Positions 1-13,653 of a stretch of DNA of 64,000 nucleotides are shown here, piece by piece. The stretch comes from Octopus sinensis (Eukaryota), in the NCBI RefSeq assembly GCF_006345805.1, contig NC_042998.1:194804001-194868000 (forward strand), given 5' to 3'. A program made the position numbers and the translations under genes. The notes under the pieces are model-generated. The model worked only from the letters and a program-made list of their open reading frames with translations, had not been told where the DNA came from and did not search any database. How positions within the stretch are numbered: position 1 is the stretch's first letter; each line of letters starts with the position of its first letter.

Positions 1-1695
1 TTTTTTTGTATGTCTGTCCAATGTATGAAAAACCTGGTAGCTACTTGGCTATTTTCGTTGCAATTATGGTATAATATCGCAACAACACTGTGTCACGTAC
101 ATCTGATTGGTATTAATAATGTACATGACTATGTGCAGGATATAACCTAAAATAACGGGTAGTTTGCCCACATGCATATAATTTACACGTTTGAGATATG
201 CATTCTCTCATAGACAGATAATCTGGCGAAGGTAAAGAATACGTACACCCGGTGGTTTGGTTTTTGCAATAATGTGTGGGAAGAAAAAATAAATACCTTA
301 ATGCGTTATAAAACAAACTGGCTATTTTCCTTATGTGTGTGTGTAAAAATATATGTATTTGTGTATAATGTGTGTATATAGATCGATCGTCAGAGAGGAA
401 TATGAACAAATATGTATGTTTAAACTAGTAATATATTCACGAGTGAATCTGCATAGACGTACTCTGTATATTAAATTATAAACATATGTATATTTATGAA
501 TGCGGGCTAATATATTTATATATATTATTATAGTTAATGTTTACACAAATCTATATACCCTCTGCATTAATTGGGTGTGAATCACATAATCTTAGTGTGT
601 CTCGCGTTTGTGCTATGAGTCACTGTTGAAGTGAGCCTACTGCTCTTAATAGAAGCCATAGAATAGCTTCACAAAATTACAGCTTGTTGGTTCTTCAACA
701 GATCCATATCGCTGTTGCTCCCTCTATTTCAACTAAATTTATGGTACTGTTGGGTGGGGCTATTTAGTTTTAGATTTCTGCCTACAAGAAATACATTAAA
801 TACGTAGTCGTCGCTACACATTTTTTTTTTTAGATGTGTGTGTGTGCACGCCAGCTTCGAGGTCTGCCCTGATACGACAGACCATATATTCAAAGCTGTT
901 AATAGTCGTCTTTTTCATAAGGTTGGACGGAACCCTGACCTATATTATCTATGCAGATTTGGCTACTACTTGTAGCAGGTCGAACGAGTTTGTAGAGGTT
1001 TCTCCGTTGGCTTATGGAAAGAGTATCTTTTTGCGTTTGGTTTGTGTGCATTTTAATGTATGATTTTAGTAGTTTTTGTATGAAGTGTGCATTTGTGCAT
1101 AATTTTAGTGTATGCTTTATATCTGTGGGTGCGCGCTGCAGTATATAATAAGTATATGCTTTTGGCATGTGTGTAATTTGGTATAGTTTTAGTGTGCGTA
1201 TGTATGTGTGCTTTAGTGTTATTTCTTATAGTGAGACTTGCCCGACGTGTGGGGGGACATGCAAATTGCTGTGCTAAATAAAATTAAGATGGTTTAAAAC
1301 TTTATAATCTTGTTCCAACTTCAGAAGAAATTATATGGATGCAAACTATTTTGACACCTCATTAAGTAGGTAACGAGAAATTTTACGAATAACCACTGCT
1401 TTAGTGTTTGATTTTGTTCTTTGGCATATGATTTTAATGTGTGTGCTTTGACATACAATTTCGGTGTGTATGTGTGCGCGCGCGCGCGCTCTCTTTGGCA
1501 AATGAATTTTAGGGTGTGTGTATTGTAGCGTGTAGCTTTAGAATGTGTGTGTGTGTGTGTGTGCTTTAGCGTATTGATTTTAGTGAGGTATGCTTCAACG
1601 TTATGATTTTAGGATGTCAGGTGGTGTGTGCTTTTGCGCCTGATTTTCATGTATGTGTGCTTTAGTGTATGTGCCCACGCTTTAGTACTTCAATC

Positions 1696-1710
1696 TGTCT
1701 GTCATCTATC

Positions 1711-1745
<35 letters not shown>

Positions 1746-1976
1746 ATATCTATATGTCTATATATGTCTATCTATCTATATATCTGTATCCGTCTGTCTA
1801 TATATCTGTATCTCTGTCTGTCTATCTATATCTGTCTGTCTATCTATATCTGTCTGTCTGTCTACCTATATCTGTCTGTCTGTCTATCTATATCTGTCTG
1901 TCTGTCTATCTATATCTGTCTGTCTATATCTGTCTGTCTGTCTGTCTATCTATATCTGTCTGTCTGTCTATCTATA

Positions 1977-2017
<41 letters not shown>

Positions 2018-2070
2018 TTATCTATATCTGTCTGTCTATCTATATCTGTCTATCTATATATATGTATCTG

Positions 2071-2133
<63 letters not shown>

Positions 2134-2277
2134 GTATATCTATCTATCTATCTATCTGTATATCTATCTATCTCTCTATCTATCTGTCTATGTCTATATA
2201 TCTATCTGTCTGTCTATGTATATGTCTATCTATCTATATATCTATCTATATGTCTATCTATATATCTATCTATCTAT
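1696..2277. repeat. Compound (TCTA)n/(TCTG)n microsatellite
   Basis: Direct inspection; it generates the spurious ORFs at 1628-2293. Confidence 0.95.
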
Positions 2278-2568
2278 AAATATATATAAATAAATATATA
2301 TCTATAAATATATATAATAATGAGGGAATATTATTCCAAATATATATATATATATAATATATATATATATAAGTATATATATAAATAAATATGTATCTAT
2401 AAATATATATAATACGAGGGAATATTATTCCAAATTTATATATATATATATAATATATATATATATCAATAAATAAATATATAAATATAAAATATATATA
2501 TATAAATAAATATATATATATATATATATGTATATAATTATATCTAAATATATAAATAAGTATATATA
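2278..2568. repeat. AT-rich low-complexity tract with a duplicated gagggaatattattccaaa unit
   Basis: (AT)n-like sequence; the unit occurs at about 2322 and 2416. Confidence 0.85.
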
Positions 2569-4680
2569 TCATCATCATGGCTCAGCTTCGCAAATGAAGA
2601 TCATGAAGGCTGTCCACGTCGTGTGCATGCACGCTCATGTCTGACAAGTCCGATACGAGAAAGGCAGGTCTGTGAGCAGTGTCCACAGATGAAGGTAACA
2701 TCTGGTGTGGTGTCAGAGGAGGCTTGCGCCTTCCTCCTGCATCTCTTCTATGTTCCTCAAATTCGTTGACCATGTTGAAGATCGTGTGGCGCCAGACATC
2801 ACGGTCCAGCATTGGTGGTCAAGATGACATGCTGTGAGAGACTTCTTGAGGCAGTTTTTGTAGCACTTCCTCGGGGCTCCTCTCTCACGGTGGTCAGTGG
2901 AGAGTTCGCCAAATAGGGCAATCTTAGAAAGCCGATGGTTCTCCATTCTGGAGACATGCCCTGCCCATCGGAGGGGGGACTTCAGTAGCATGGCTTCAAT
3001 GCTGGTGATCTCGGTCCGCTCCAAAACTTCAATGTTTGTGACGAAGTCACCTATGTATGTTGAGGATGGTGCGGAGACATCGTTGGTGGAAGCGCTCAAG
3101 GAGACGGATGTGATTGCAGTAGGTGATCCAGGTCTCTGAGCTGTAGAGAAGTGTGGTGAGAACCACGGTCTTGTAGACACTGCTCCCTGTTTTGTTCTTC
3201 AGGTTATTATTGTGCCAAACATGTTTGTACAATCTGCCAAAGGACCTATTTGCCTTAGAGAGTCTATTTTCAATTTCTTTGTCGATCCTTGCATCGGATG
3301 AGATGATGCAGCCCAGGTATGTGAACTGCTGTGTTGATTTCAGTTCAGTACTGCAGATAGTGATGTGGGGTGGGCAGTATTCCTCTTGGGGTTCTAGGTT
3401 GGTGAAGTACCTCCGTCTTCTTGAGGCCAAAGAGTCGCGAGGTGTCTGCAAAGCAGGACGTGATGCGCTGCAGAGCTCGCTCTGTGTGGGCGACAAGGAC
3501 AGCGTTGTCCGCAAAGAGAAGGTCTTGGATCAGCCTCTCCTGGGTCTTGGTGTGGGCTTGGAGGTGCCGTAGATTGAAGAGGCTGCCATCCAGACAATAC
3601 CTAACATACACCCCATCCTCCATATCTTCAGTTGCATGCTTGATCATCATGCTGAAGAGAGTTGGTGCCAGGACATAACCCTGCTTCATGCCGTTGGAGA
3701 TGGGGAAGGTCTTCGATAGGTCAACGTTGAGTCTGATCTGGCCACACTGATTCTCATGCCCCTGGATCACCATCATAGAATCTTGGTGGGACATCCAAGC
3801 TGTTCCAGGATGAGCCATAGTCCTGTCCTGCTCACTGTGTCAAATGCTTTTGTGAGGTCAACAAAAGTAGCTAAGAGTTCCCTATTTTGTTCTCAGCCCT
3901 TCTCTTGAAGTTGGCGGAGGACGAATACCATATCCGTTGTGACTCTATTGGCTCTGAAGCCACACTGGCTCTCAGGGAGGTTTTCTTCAGCGATGGTTGG
4001 TAAGAGCCTGTTGAACAGGATACTGGCAAGTACTTTGCCAGCGATGGAGAGTAGGGTGATTGCCCGGTAGTTGGAGCAGTCAGACTTCTCACCCTTGTTC
4101 TTGTACAGGGTTATGATGACGGTGTCGCGAAGATCCTGTGGCAGCTTGCTCTGCTCCCAGCAGCAGACAAAAAAATCATGGAGCGTCGGACCTCTATTCT
4201 TTCAGATTTCTGGTGGGATGCGGTCAACTCCTGCTGTTTTGCGACTCTTGAGTTGTCCTATGGCTTCAGTCGTCTCTTCGAGGGTGGGTGGTTCGTCGAG
4301 CTCCTCTTTGAGTGGAAGTTGAGGAACGTGATGGATGGCAGCGTCTTGTATGGTGCGGTTAGCACTGAAGAGGCTTTGGCAGTGCTCGGACCAGCGAGCG
4401 AGGGTGGAGGTGTTATCGGTGAGGAGGTCCTGTTCATCTGAACTGCGCAGGGGACTCTGGACTAGGTGGGTGGGGCCATACACTGCTTTCAGAGCCTCTA
4501 TAGTCTCTGAGGTCAGCACACAGCCGGGTTCTCCACGCCAGGTGGTCCTACCACTCATTCTGTATTTCTCTGAGTTTGCACTGTAGGGTGTTGCATGCAC
4601 ATCAAAAGATAGCTTTCTTTACAGGAGAGGCTGGTTGTGTGAGGTGGGCTTGATGAGCTGCCCTCTTCCTTGCTAGTAAT
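2569..4680 (-). mobile_element. RTE-clade LINE, 5'-truncated, RT region broken by frameshifts
   Basis: Minus-strand fragments LLFADNAVL, FTYLG, RFHQRCLRTILNI, LRWAGHVSRM, KTAGVDRIPPEI; (ATG)n 3' tail; GC-rich relative to flanks. Confidence 0.92.
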
Positions 4681-4715
4681 TGCTAGTAATTTATATATAA
4701 ATATATATATATATA

Positions 4716-4966
4716 TCATCATCATCATTGTTTAATGTCCGCTTTCCATGCTAGCATGGGTTGGATGGTTCAACTGGGGTCTGGGAAGCCCGAAGGCTGC
4801 ACCAGGCCTGTCAGATCTGGCTGTGTTTCTACAGCTGGATGCCCTTCCTAACGCCAACCACTCCGTGAGTGTAGTGGGTGCTTTTTATGTGCCACCGACA
4901 CAGGTGCCAGACGAGGCTGGCGAATGGCCACGCTCGGATGGTGCTTTTTATGTGCTACCGGCACAG
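4716..4966 (-). mobile_element. Retroposon 3' tail (RTE-type LINE end or SINE sharing it)
   Basis: catcatc..tttccatgctagcatgggttgga..cagctggatgcccttcctaacgccaacc; many copies in this window. Confidence 0.85.
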
Positions 4967-5073
4967 ATATATATTAATTTATTTATATATATATAAAGAT
5001 GTCTATATATAAATATATTCATATATATATAAATAAAGATATCTACATATAAATATATTTATATATATAAATC

Positions 5074-5074
5074 C

Positions 5075-5153
<79 letters not shown>
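5074..5153. repeat. (CT)n(AT)n microsatellite
   Basis: Direct inspection. Confidence 0.95.
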
Positions 5154-5156
<3 letters not shown>

Positions 5157-5551
5157 AAAGAGAGAGAGATGTGCACGCATGCATAAAAATTATTACTGGT
5201 TATTCATTAATGATGTTAATGTCATGTGCACTTGTTGCAATGATTCACCTGTGGAGATCACTGGACATATCCATGGCACTTTGAAATATTATCTGCCTTG
5301 TATACCTGCAAAAAACCTAATGCATTTCAGTTTAGATTAGGTTTAATCATCTCAGGTGTTGTTTTCTTTCCTTCCGATGTATGTAAAAAGGGTAAATGTT
5401 TCAGAAATACTATTATAAGCGAAACATTTTCTTGAACACCTGATCCTAAGGATCAAAATATTAATTTGCAAGTTTTCAATAGTCATCAGTGTGTGTATAT
5501 GTCGTAGAATGTGGGAAACCGCTCCCATTACAAATAAAATCTTTCTACAGT

Positions 5552-5586
<35 letters not shown>

Positions 5587-6022
5587 AAGAGAAACATGGT
5601 TAGATGATGAGTCAGTGTGTGTTGAACATAACTCTGCTACTGACTGACTGATAAAGCTCACTGGTGATAGTTATGAGCGAGGGAAGAAGATACTCCCTCC
5701 CCTCATTCATGAAAGATTAGATATTACAATTCATTCTGGTAAGTTACTGCCATAACTACTGTTACTCCCACACCTCAGTATTCTATTATTTATATCCACC
5801 ACTACCTTCTTATTATGTCTCATGTTACTGATTTCAGTTTTGATCCTTTAACCTAGATTTACAATCAGTTCTGTAATCAGTTCATTCCCTCCCCCACTAC
5901 AGTTTTCTCTAAGGTGTAGTAGGTGTTAGACTGTCTTTGATATCAGCACTTTAAATAGCTGCACCTTTCGTTAAAATAAAATATAATGAAATAGTACTTA
6001 CTGTAGTTGAATTTATAGTTAA

Positions 6023-6576
6023 CTAGCAGCTAAGCCCAGTTTCACTCGGTCTGTTTGGATGATGTGGCTGTAATCGTTTTCGGTTAGGCATATATGAATG
6101 AAAATTAAGTTTTGACCTGTACATGGTAGCTAGACCTGGTAGAAATAGCAGCCAAATCTCCCTCAAAACACCCTACTGTCTTAATCCGACAACTCTGCCT
6201 ATTATGTAGTTTGAATGAGAAAATGTAACTAAAGATTAAGGTTATTAACCCCACAAAGAGGTGAAAGAGGGACAGCATAGCGAAAGTTTTTGGCTAACTG
6301 TCATCCTGTACTCCCCTTGTTGCTAGCGAAATGCTGGCTGTGTGAGCAATTGTTTGTTTTAATGGCGTAACAAACAGGGGAATTCAATTAGAAAAGTTTT
6401 AATTGATTTTCTCGGTAAGTATGGATGCTAGAAAAAAAAATACAAACCGCATTCCAATCTATGCACCTGTCTCCACATGTGTGCCATTTTTCACGCGAAT
6501 CCACCCGGCCGTTTGGCTGTGAACCTCAAGACAAGAAAGAATACAACGATCGCCCATGTCCAATTTATATTATAGA
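6023..6576 (-). mobile_element. Non-autonomous Helitron-like element
   Basis: Minus strand reads A|TC(TATAATATAAA)...degenerate GC hairpin...CTAG|T, the Helitron terminal pattern, with no TSD. Confidence 0.55.
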
Positions 6577-7506
6577 TAAGTGTTTCGGTTAGGTATCAAC
6601 AAATGTTGAAGGTGCATTATAGTTGCTATGTTGTGACTAAATCATTTCTAATATGAAATTTAACACCTTTCTTGGTCCATAGTTGAAAAGAAAAATACTA
6701 AAAACAAGAACACGATTATGCAAAATTTATTTAATTTTCTTCTCCATGGAATAACATTTTCATTGTAGTTCATCACTTCTACTTTGATATTCATTTTTGT
6801 ATTTTGGCATTGGGTGGATGAGTCTTCATTTGAGGCCTTCATTCTCAGATCTGTCCTAACCTCTTCTCCATAAGTTGTCTATAACTGTTACTTTCTACTG
6901 TCAACCAAACGCTTATTCTTTTTTTTTTCTTGGGTTAATTTAGAATGTATCTGGCATTATTATTATAATGTCCTTGTATACATGCATAGCTAATACTTTT
7001 GATGTTTATTTAGTATACATGATGATTCCATTATGGTAATTACTGATGTCTGGGGCTAATCACTCTACCGTAAGAGTGTTTTGTCCAACCTGCTATTAGC
7101 CAGTATGGCTGGGTAATCCTACAGCCAATATAAATATGGTATACTGAGGCTTCAGGAAGCAGAAAATTGAAAAAGAGCTAAATAGAATGGAAAGATTAAA
7201 TGGTTGGCTGCCTAAGCTTGAAAGTACCACATCAGTTAATCAGTAACATCTATCACTCTATGAAAGGAGCTTGTTCTCCTCAAGAAAGAAATTGTTACCA
7301 CTTAAAAACATTTTGAATAAAATATATATAAATAGTTTAATTTGAAAAAAAATTAGGCCTTAGTTTAGTTTTTAAAATTAACTGTTCTTAATTTTCGAAC
7401 TTAATTTTTTTTTGTGGTGTAAAAATGTGCATAAATTTTCACTTTATTGAAGAAAATTATGTCTGTTGTTGAATAATTTTCTTTTAGTCTGAGGCAAATC
7501 AGTTAA

Positions 7507-7678
7507 CCCCTTACCCGGCAGAAACGAATATATGCGCTTTGACCGAAATCGTTTTTTTCTATCTCTGGCGAGTTAACTCGTCAAAAGATAGACTCGCCAA
7601 AATCATAGTAAAATAAAACAATTAAAAAATATGTCTGAAAAAATACATTTATTTTCAAAATAATTGTTGGGTAAGGGG
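7507..7678. mobile_element. piggyBac-type MITE
   Basis: TTAA at 7503-7506 and 7679-7682; TIR ccccttaccc..ca / tg..gggtaagggg. Confidence 0.85.
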
Positions 7679-10576
7679 TTAATAGTACAAAGAAAATGTT
7701 ATGCTGTTTTGTCATCATATATTTATGCTATTGCCGGTGTTTTTAGTGTTGGATGCATTCTTACCTGTTGATAAATCTAATGTACCTTTCCCTATCACAC
7801 AGCCATATTATAACCATGATAAACAATGTGACCCTTATAAAAACATTAAAATAGCAGCTGTGAAAGAAGAAACCCCGTTAGTTTTTATCTATTTTGAAAT
7901 TGGAAAATATAGTCAGCTTACATTGCATCACCAGAAGAATCTTCATCCCAGATTTTGCATAGTAGCAATTCAATGCTGAAATATCATAGTGATGAATCTT
8001 CAGGTAGTAACTCCATGGGATAATTTTTCAGGTGGGGTCAGTGAAATCAGATCACTGACACATCACCACCACCAACAACATTTACTACCACTAACATCCT
8101 CTGCAGCACTGTCATCATTACCTCCCCTTTCACCAACCTAGGAAACCTCTATGTGGTTGTTTGCCCTGCTAGAAATAACAACCCAATGCCATCCTATAAT
8201 CTTAAGGATATATTGGAATATGGTCCCTGATATGAGAAAGATGTGGTGCTCGTGGTTGAAGATAGGTCTGCTTGATTTATCTGATCTGGGGTTAAACAAT
8301 AGCATATATTTTGCAATATTTAATTTTTTTTGTAGCTTCAGTTAATTTTGGAACAGATATATGTATTTTTTTAAACTTTCACAAAAAAAAAAAATGATTA
8401 ACACATTTGTTATTCTAATTATAGAAAATATGTTCACTGTAGTCTGTAGTGAGGATTCTTCAGCTCATCATTCTTGGTGATCCCTTCAAATATTGTTTAG
8501 GGTCCTTTTTAAAATGAGTTGGGTTTATTGGCAATACTTTCTTCTTATTTCACTTTTGATCCTGCAGACTTCAGATTGAAGGTGTTCAATTCTGCCCATT
8601 CACTTACTTTTTTGGACATTTTGTATCTCGAACTATATTGTCAATGTGTCCTTTTTTAAGATGGTAGGGGTGATTCTGTGGGGGTGGATTTTCATTGCTA
8701 GTTTTAGCAGGTCAGGCATAGATGCCCCTTCTGTGGTTTGATTTAGTTTTATTAGGATTGGTGCAGTAATATTTAGACATTGAACTGCAATGTACCAAAG
8801 AGTGCATGAAATGTCTCATCTGATTGAATTGTCTCTGTCTATTCACTTGCAATCGTGTTGAAAACTCAAAAATAGTCAGTCTCTATTTACCTTTCACCGT
8901 ACTTGTGACTGACCTACACAAACTATTATTTATGGACATGTGAATCGCACTAACTAGACAGTTGTTTAAATTACTGCCTTTTCAATTATTCCCTTCTGTC
9001 CTCTCTTGTAGAATTTCTCAATTGGTTTGGGGATTAGGATATATTGCTTTTTGTTTTTTTTACTTTTGTTTGATGTTTTTTTAGTTTTCCTGTTGGTTCA
9101 TACTTTTATATACTTTCTTCCTTTTCAGAATTTCTTTTTGCTTTTTCAGAAAAATAAAATAAATTATTATTACCATTGTTCATTTTTCATTATGTTCATT
9201 CTGTAGTGCAGTCAATCTCATTTAAGTTGATTTTGCGTTTCAGATTTTGAAGAATGATGAAATAAGCAGTATCTAGATATTGGGATTGATTGAAGCTAGT
9301 AATTCTGCTCGGTGTAAGAAAAGAGCAACTGACAAATTCATTTCTAGTATTTAGTTGTCTGTATTTTGAGGCTGGCTTGATTCTTCATCTTTCCAAGGTT
9401 GATGATATATATATATATATACTAGACAAGTGCTGGGGTTGATTTAATCAAGTATACACCATGCAGAATTTCTATATTTGTTCCAATGTTAGAAAATGTA
9501 ATTATACTAAATTGTATAGCACCAGTCTACACATATTTAGTTTCACCCTTCCACACACTACTAAAACTGCTGTGTCCGGCTAAATGTTTAGTTTCACCTT
9601 CTACTCCCCCACACATAAGTTTAAATCTTGCCAATGTTACTTAGGTCATACTTTTCAGATCAATAAAATATTACCAATAATATACTGCAGTCTATTCAAT
9701 CACTTTCACCAAACACTGGCTTTGAGTTTAGCCGAAAGAACTTCATATTTGTTACCATTGCTATTAATTACAGATAGCTAAGTTTTTATTTCCATATAAG
9801 CTTCATAAAATACATACCAGTAAGATTGCTTCTTTTTATTTGTCTTGGCTGATAGAATGTATTTGAGGAGTATGGATTCAATTGTTTGTACTGTTTTTTT
9901 ACAAAAATGGCTTGTAAATTATTATTGTGGCTAATTTGGTTTTCATTATCTTCGATTAACATTCTTAATTTAAGGAATAAGATCAGTAACTCTAAAATTC
10001 GTAAACTGATAAAGTACTAGTAAAGCAATATGATTATTTACTTATTAGCATTTATTGCCTTAGTAAGGACTAGCTCTGGATTTGCTTATGTAAATGTTCT
10101 CTGTTAATTTCTTTTGTGTGATCTTTGATTCTTGTAGTGGAAAATCAGTTTTCTTTTTGAATATGAAGACATTACAGATGAGTGGTATTAAACCTGACCC
10201 AATTATCAAAAAGATTGTCTTTGCAAAAGCTTGAATGCTAGACTTCCTTTTGAAGCTTCATGTAACAAAAGAGTCTCTGTTTGAAGAGAAGTTTCTGTTG
10301 GGTTTTGTTTATCCCCCACCTGTCAGTAACTGCTCACACATTTCAGTTTTGAATCTCTCTTCTCTAGTTAAGCCGTTACATTAGAGGGACATAAGCAGTT
10401 ATAGTGTTCACAAGTTTATTGTCAATCCCTTTTGCTTTTGTCATTGAAAGCAGGTGTACTTAGAATTATATTTTATAAAGATTGTTACCACGTGATAGCA
10501 AAACAAGTAGCGGAAAACTAAGTTGGTTACTTATTAGAAATTTGTGTGTGTGTGTATATATATATATATTTATAAA

Positions 10577-10778
10577 TCATCATTTAACGTCCACTTTCCA
10601 TGCTGGCATGGGTTGGACGATTTGACTGAGGTCTGGCGAACCAGACTCCAATCTGATCTGGCAGAGTTTCTACAGCTTGATGCCCTTCCTAATGCCAACC
10701 ACTCCGAGAGTGTAGTGGATGCTTTTACGTGCCACCAGCACGATGGCCAGTTCGGTAGTACTGGCAATGGCCACGCCC
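10577..10778 (-). mobile_element. Retroposon 3' tail copy
   Basis: Same family as 4716-4966. Confidence 0.85.
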
Positions 10779-12460
10779 ATATAATAAACTTGTTTGCCAT
10801 ATGTGACCATATTGTAGTGACTAATGAATTAACAGGAATGAACAAGTCAATGTTGAGTCCCGGGTTCAAATGAAATGATAGTGATAATGATTTTAAATAT
10901 TGACTGGAAGTTACAAATTCCAAAGGTGACATATAGTTAATTCAATTCATCCCAGTTACATGATTGGTACATACATCATAGGTCCTGTAATTTACGTGAT
11001 TGAAATATGCATTATTGGTCCTGTTGTGATGAAAAGCAAAGTTGGGTAAGGTCTGAACTCGGAATGTAGTTAGTGAAAGATATTTACTGCAACCTACATT
11101 TAGTTTTTGTCACTCTGCTACCATAATGACGATTGTTTTAAATAGGCATAAAGCCACAAATTTAGTGGGCTGGGGAAAAGTCAGTTATCTTGACCTCAAT
11201 ACTTGACAGGTACTTTTTATCAGTTTTGTAGGATGAAAGACAAAATTGACTTTGATGGGATTTGAACCCAGAATATAAAGGGTTGTAACTAAATATTGCA
11301 AGGTGTTTTAATCAGTTCTTCAACAATTCTGCTACCTTGTCCAAAAGTATTAATATTGCAAATGCCAAAACACAGAAGTATGGTGCAGTCTTCTACCTGG
11401 CCAGCTTCTGTCAAACCATCCAACCCATGCCAGCATGGAAGGATGTTAAATGATGATATCATTTGTGTATATATTTCACATTTTAATATGGTTCCTCTGC
11501 TTCAATGCATTTTATAATGCAAATCATTTTACAGAGTGTAGATTAAAGTAATTCACTTAAGTCTTTTGAGCAAGGTTTGAACTAAAATATTGTAAAATTT
11601 TATTTACTTTGGTAAGAAATATGAGGAATCTAAAAGCCAACTTAACTTTTGGATTCATAATGACTCTTTGTCAATTATTTTATTCATTCTTCTTCTTAAT
11701 TTCCCATCTCTCTAAAATCTTTTCTCACTTCAGAATTTCCTTTTTAGCCTTATATTTACTGAGATGATAGATCTGAATATTTTAAAGCAAATACCAACTG
11801 TTTAGTGTCAACACTAACAAGACTAAAATTCTTACTACTCAGAGTATTTTAATGATATTCAAATAATTTTATGACCTGTTTTATTTCTTTAAATTTGTTT
11901 CATAAGGGTACAATGGAGAATATATTTTTATTTTGTGATACATCTGATTTAATGTACTTGAAGAAAAGACTGGTTGATCAAGTTTTCCAACAGAAGTTGA
12001 ACTGGTCGTAGGTGTACAAGACTTTAGAGCTGGTCTTTCTAAGAATAAATAGCTGAACTGTTTTTATGTCTGTTTGAAATGGTCTTAATGATTATTATTA
12101 ATGATAGATACGTAAATGATAAAAAAAGTAGGGAACTAGATTTTTAAGAAACAAATAATGGTGTCTGTAAAAGTAGCCTTAAAATGTTTTGTGCATTGTG
12201 AGGAGAGGTGAATTCTAATGTTATATAAATAAGTTGGTTAAAAATAAGTCTTTTAAGTTTACGAAAGAATGCTTAAATTTAAATGTTGCAGTTATTTAAA
12301 TCCAAATGGTATAATCATTGTGAAATAAAGTTGAATTTGAAATTTCAAATGTTATTAACGCTCCTTTCATTTGTTTTTTAAATTAGGGTTGAACCCTCTA
12401 GAATTCAGATTACTCTGTCAAGTGTAATACTTATTTACTCACATTGTTTTGAATTAATAA

Positions 12461-12566
12461 TGTGGCAAGCTGGCAGAACCGTTAGCACACCAGGCAAAAT
12501 GCATGACAGCATTATGTTCGTCTTTACGTTCTGAGTTCAAATTCTGCCGAGGTCAACTTTGCCTTT
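12461..12566 (+). mobile_element. tRNA-derived SINE, 5' part, interrupted by a second SINE
   Basis: Matches the 5' part of 62292-62506; B-box-like gagttcaaattc. Confidence 0.75.
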
Positions 12567-12964
12567 AGGCGCAGCAGTGGCTGTGTGATAAGTAGCTTGC
12601 TTACCAACCACATGGTTCCGAGTTCATTCCCACTGCGTGGCACCTTGGGCAAGTGTCATCTACTATAGCCTTGGGCCGACCAAAGCCTTGTGAGTGGATT
12701 TAGTAGACGGAAACTGGAAGAAGCCTGTCGTATATATATGTGTATATATATATGTGTGTGTGTGTGTATGTTTGTTTGCCCCCCCCCCCAACATCACTCG
12801 ACAACTGATGGTGGTGTGTTTACGTCCCCATAACTTAGCGGTTTGGCAAAAGAGACCGATAGAATAAGTACTAAGCTTCCAAAGAATGTCCTGGGGTAGA
12901 TTTGCTCGACTAAAGGCGGTGCTCCAGCATGGCCGCAGTCAAATGACTGAAACAAGTAAAAGAG
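12567..12964 (+). mobile_element. tRNA-derived CORE-like SINE
   Basis: Pol III A/B-like head, ccttgggcaagtg core-like motif, internal (AT)/(GT) tract; related copies at 29190 and 47270. Confidence 0.8.
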
Positions 12965-13327
12965 TCACTGATAGCTTTGAGTTTTTGATGATGTAATAGT
13001 TTATTTTTAGAATGACATTGTAGGGTAGGTTGTGGAGGCCAGATTTAGCCACCAAACAGGTAGAATATTTAGCCCCAAAATGACCAGTCTAAATTTAAAT
13101 GTTAGAATAGGGGCCAATTGAATGTTTTAGCTGAAATCCTTCAAAACTATATTTTATTCTTATTACTTTTGCTAAAGTACTTAGATTTAGTCAACTGATC
13201 ATAATTTTCTTATTTGAAGAAATATTTTACATATTTGTTTTACTCAGTTCCCTGTAAGTAGGTTTATATTATATCTGTATAGTGTTATTGTTCATTCTTA
13301 AGTAACCACTGGCATTTGTAATTTTTA

Positions 13328-13653
13328 TGGCATCTCTGTGACGGTGGCATGTAAAAAGCACCATCCGAATGTGGCTGATGCCAGTGCCGCCTTGACTGAC
13401 TTCTGTGCCAGTGGCACGTAAAAAGCACCAACTGATTGTGACCGCTGCCAGCCTCACCTGGCACCTGTGCCGGTGGCACGTAAAAAGCACCCACTACACT
13501 CACAGAATGGTTGGCGTTAGGAAGGGCATCCAGCTGTAGAAACACTGCCAGATCAGACTGGAGCCTGGTGCAGCCTCCTGGCTTCCCAGACCCCGGTCGA
13601 ACCGTCCAACCCATGCTAGCATGGAAAGCGGACGCTAAACGATGATAATGATG
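13328..13653 (+). mobile_element. Retroposon 3' tail copy with a 95-bp flanking direct repeat
   Basis: Three gtggcac/tgtaaaaagcacc units and a (GAT)n tail; flanks 13233-13327 and 13654-13748 are duplicated. Confidence 0.88.

Noticed and set aside
1-1400. CpG-richer region with a CCAAT-like ctgattgg, a possible promoter
   Set aside because: No clear exon or donor could be defined; the evidence is too weak to call.
1628-2578. Long ORFs rich in YLSI/CLSV
   Set aside because: They are translations of microsatellite sequence.
2897-4586. Plus-strand ORFs over the LINE
   Set aside because: They are antisense shadows of GC-rich RT coding sequence.
6405-6420. Strong donor cg|gtaagt
   Set aside because: It lies inside the Helitron-like repeat and has no evident exon start.
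12461-12660. tRNA-like A/B boxes
   Set aside because: These are SINE heads; no full cloverleaf is present.
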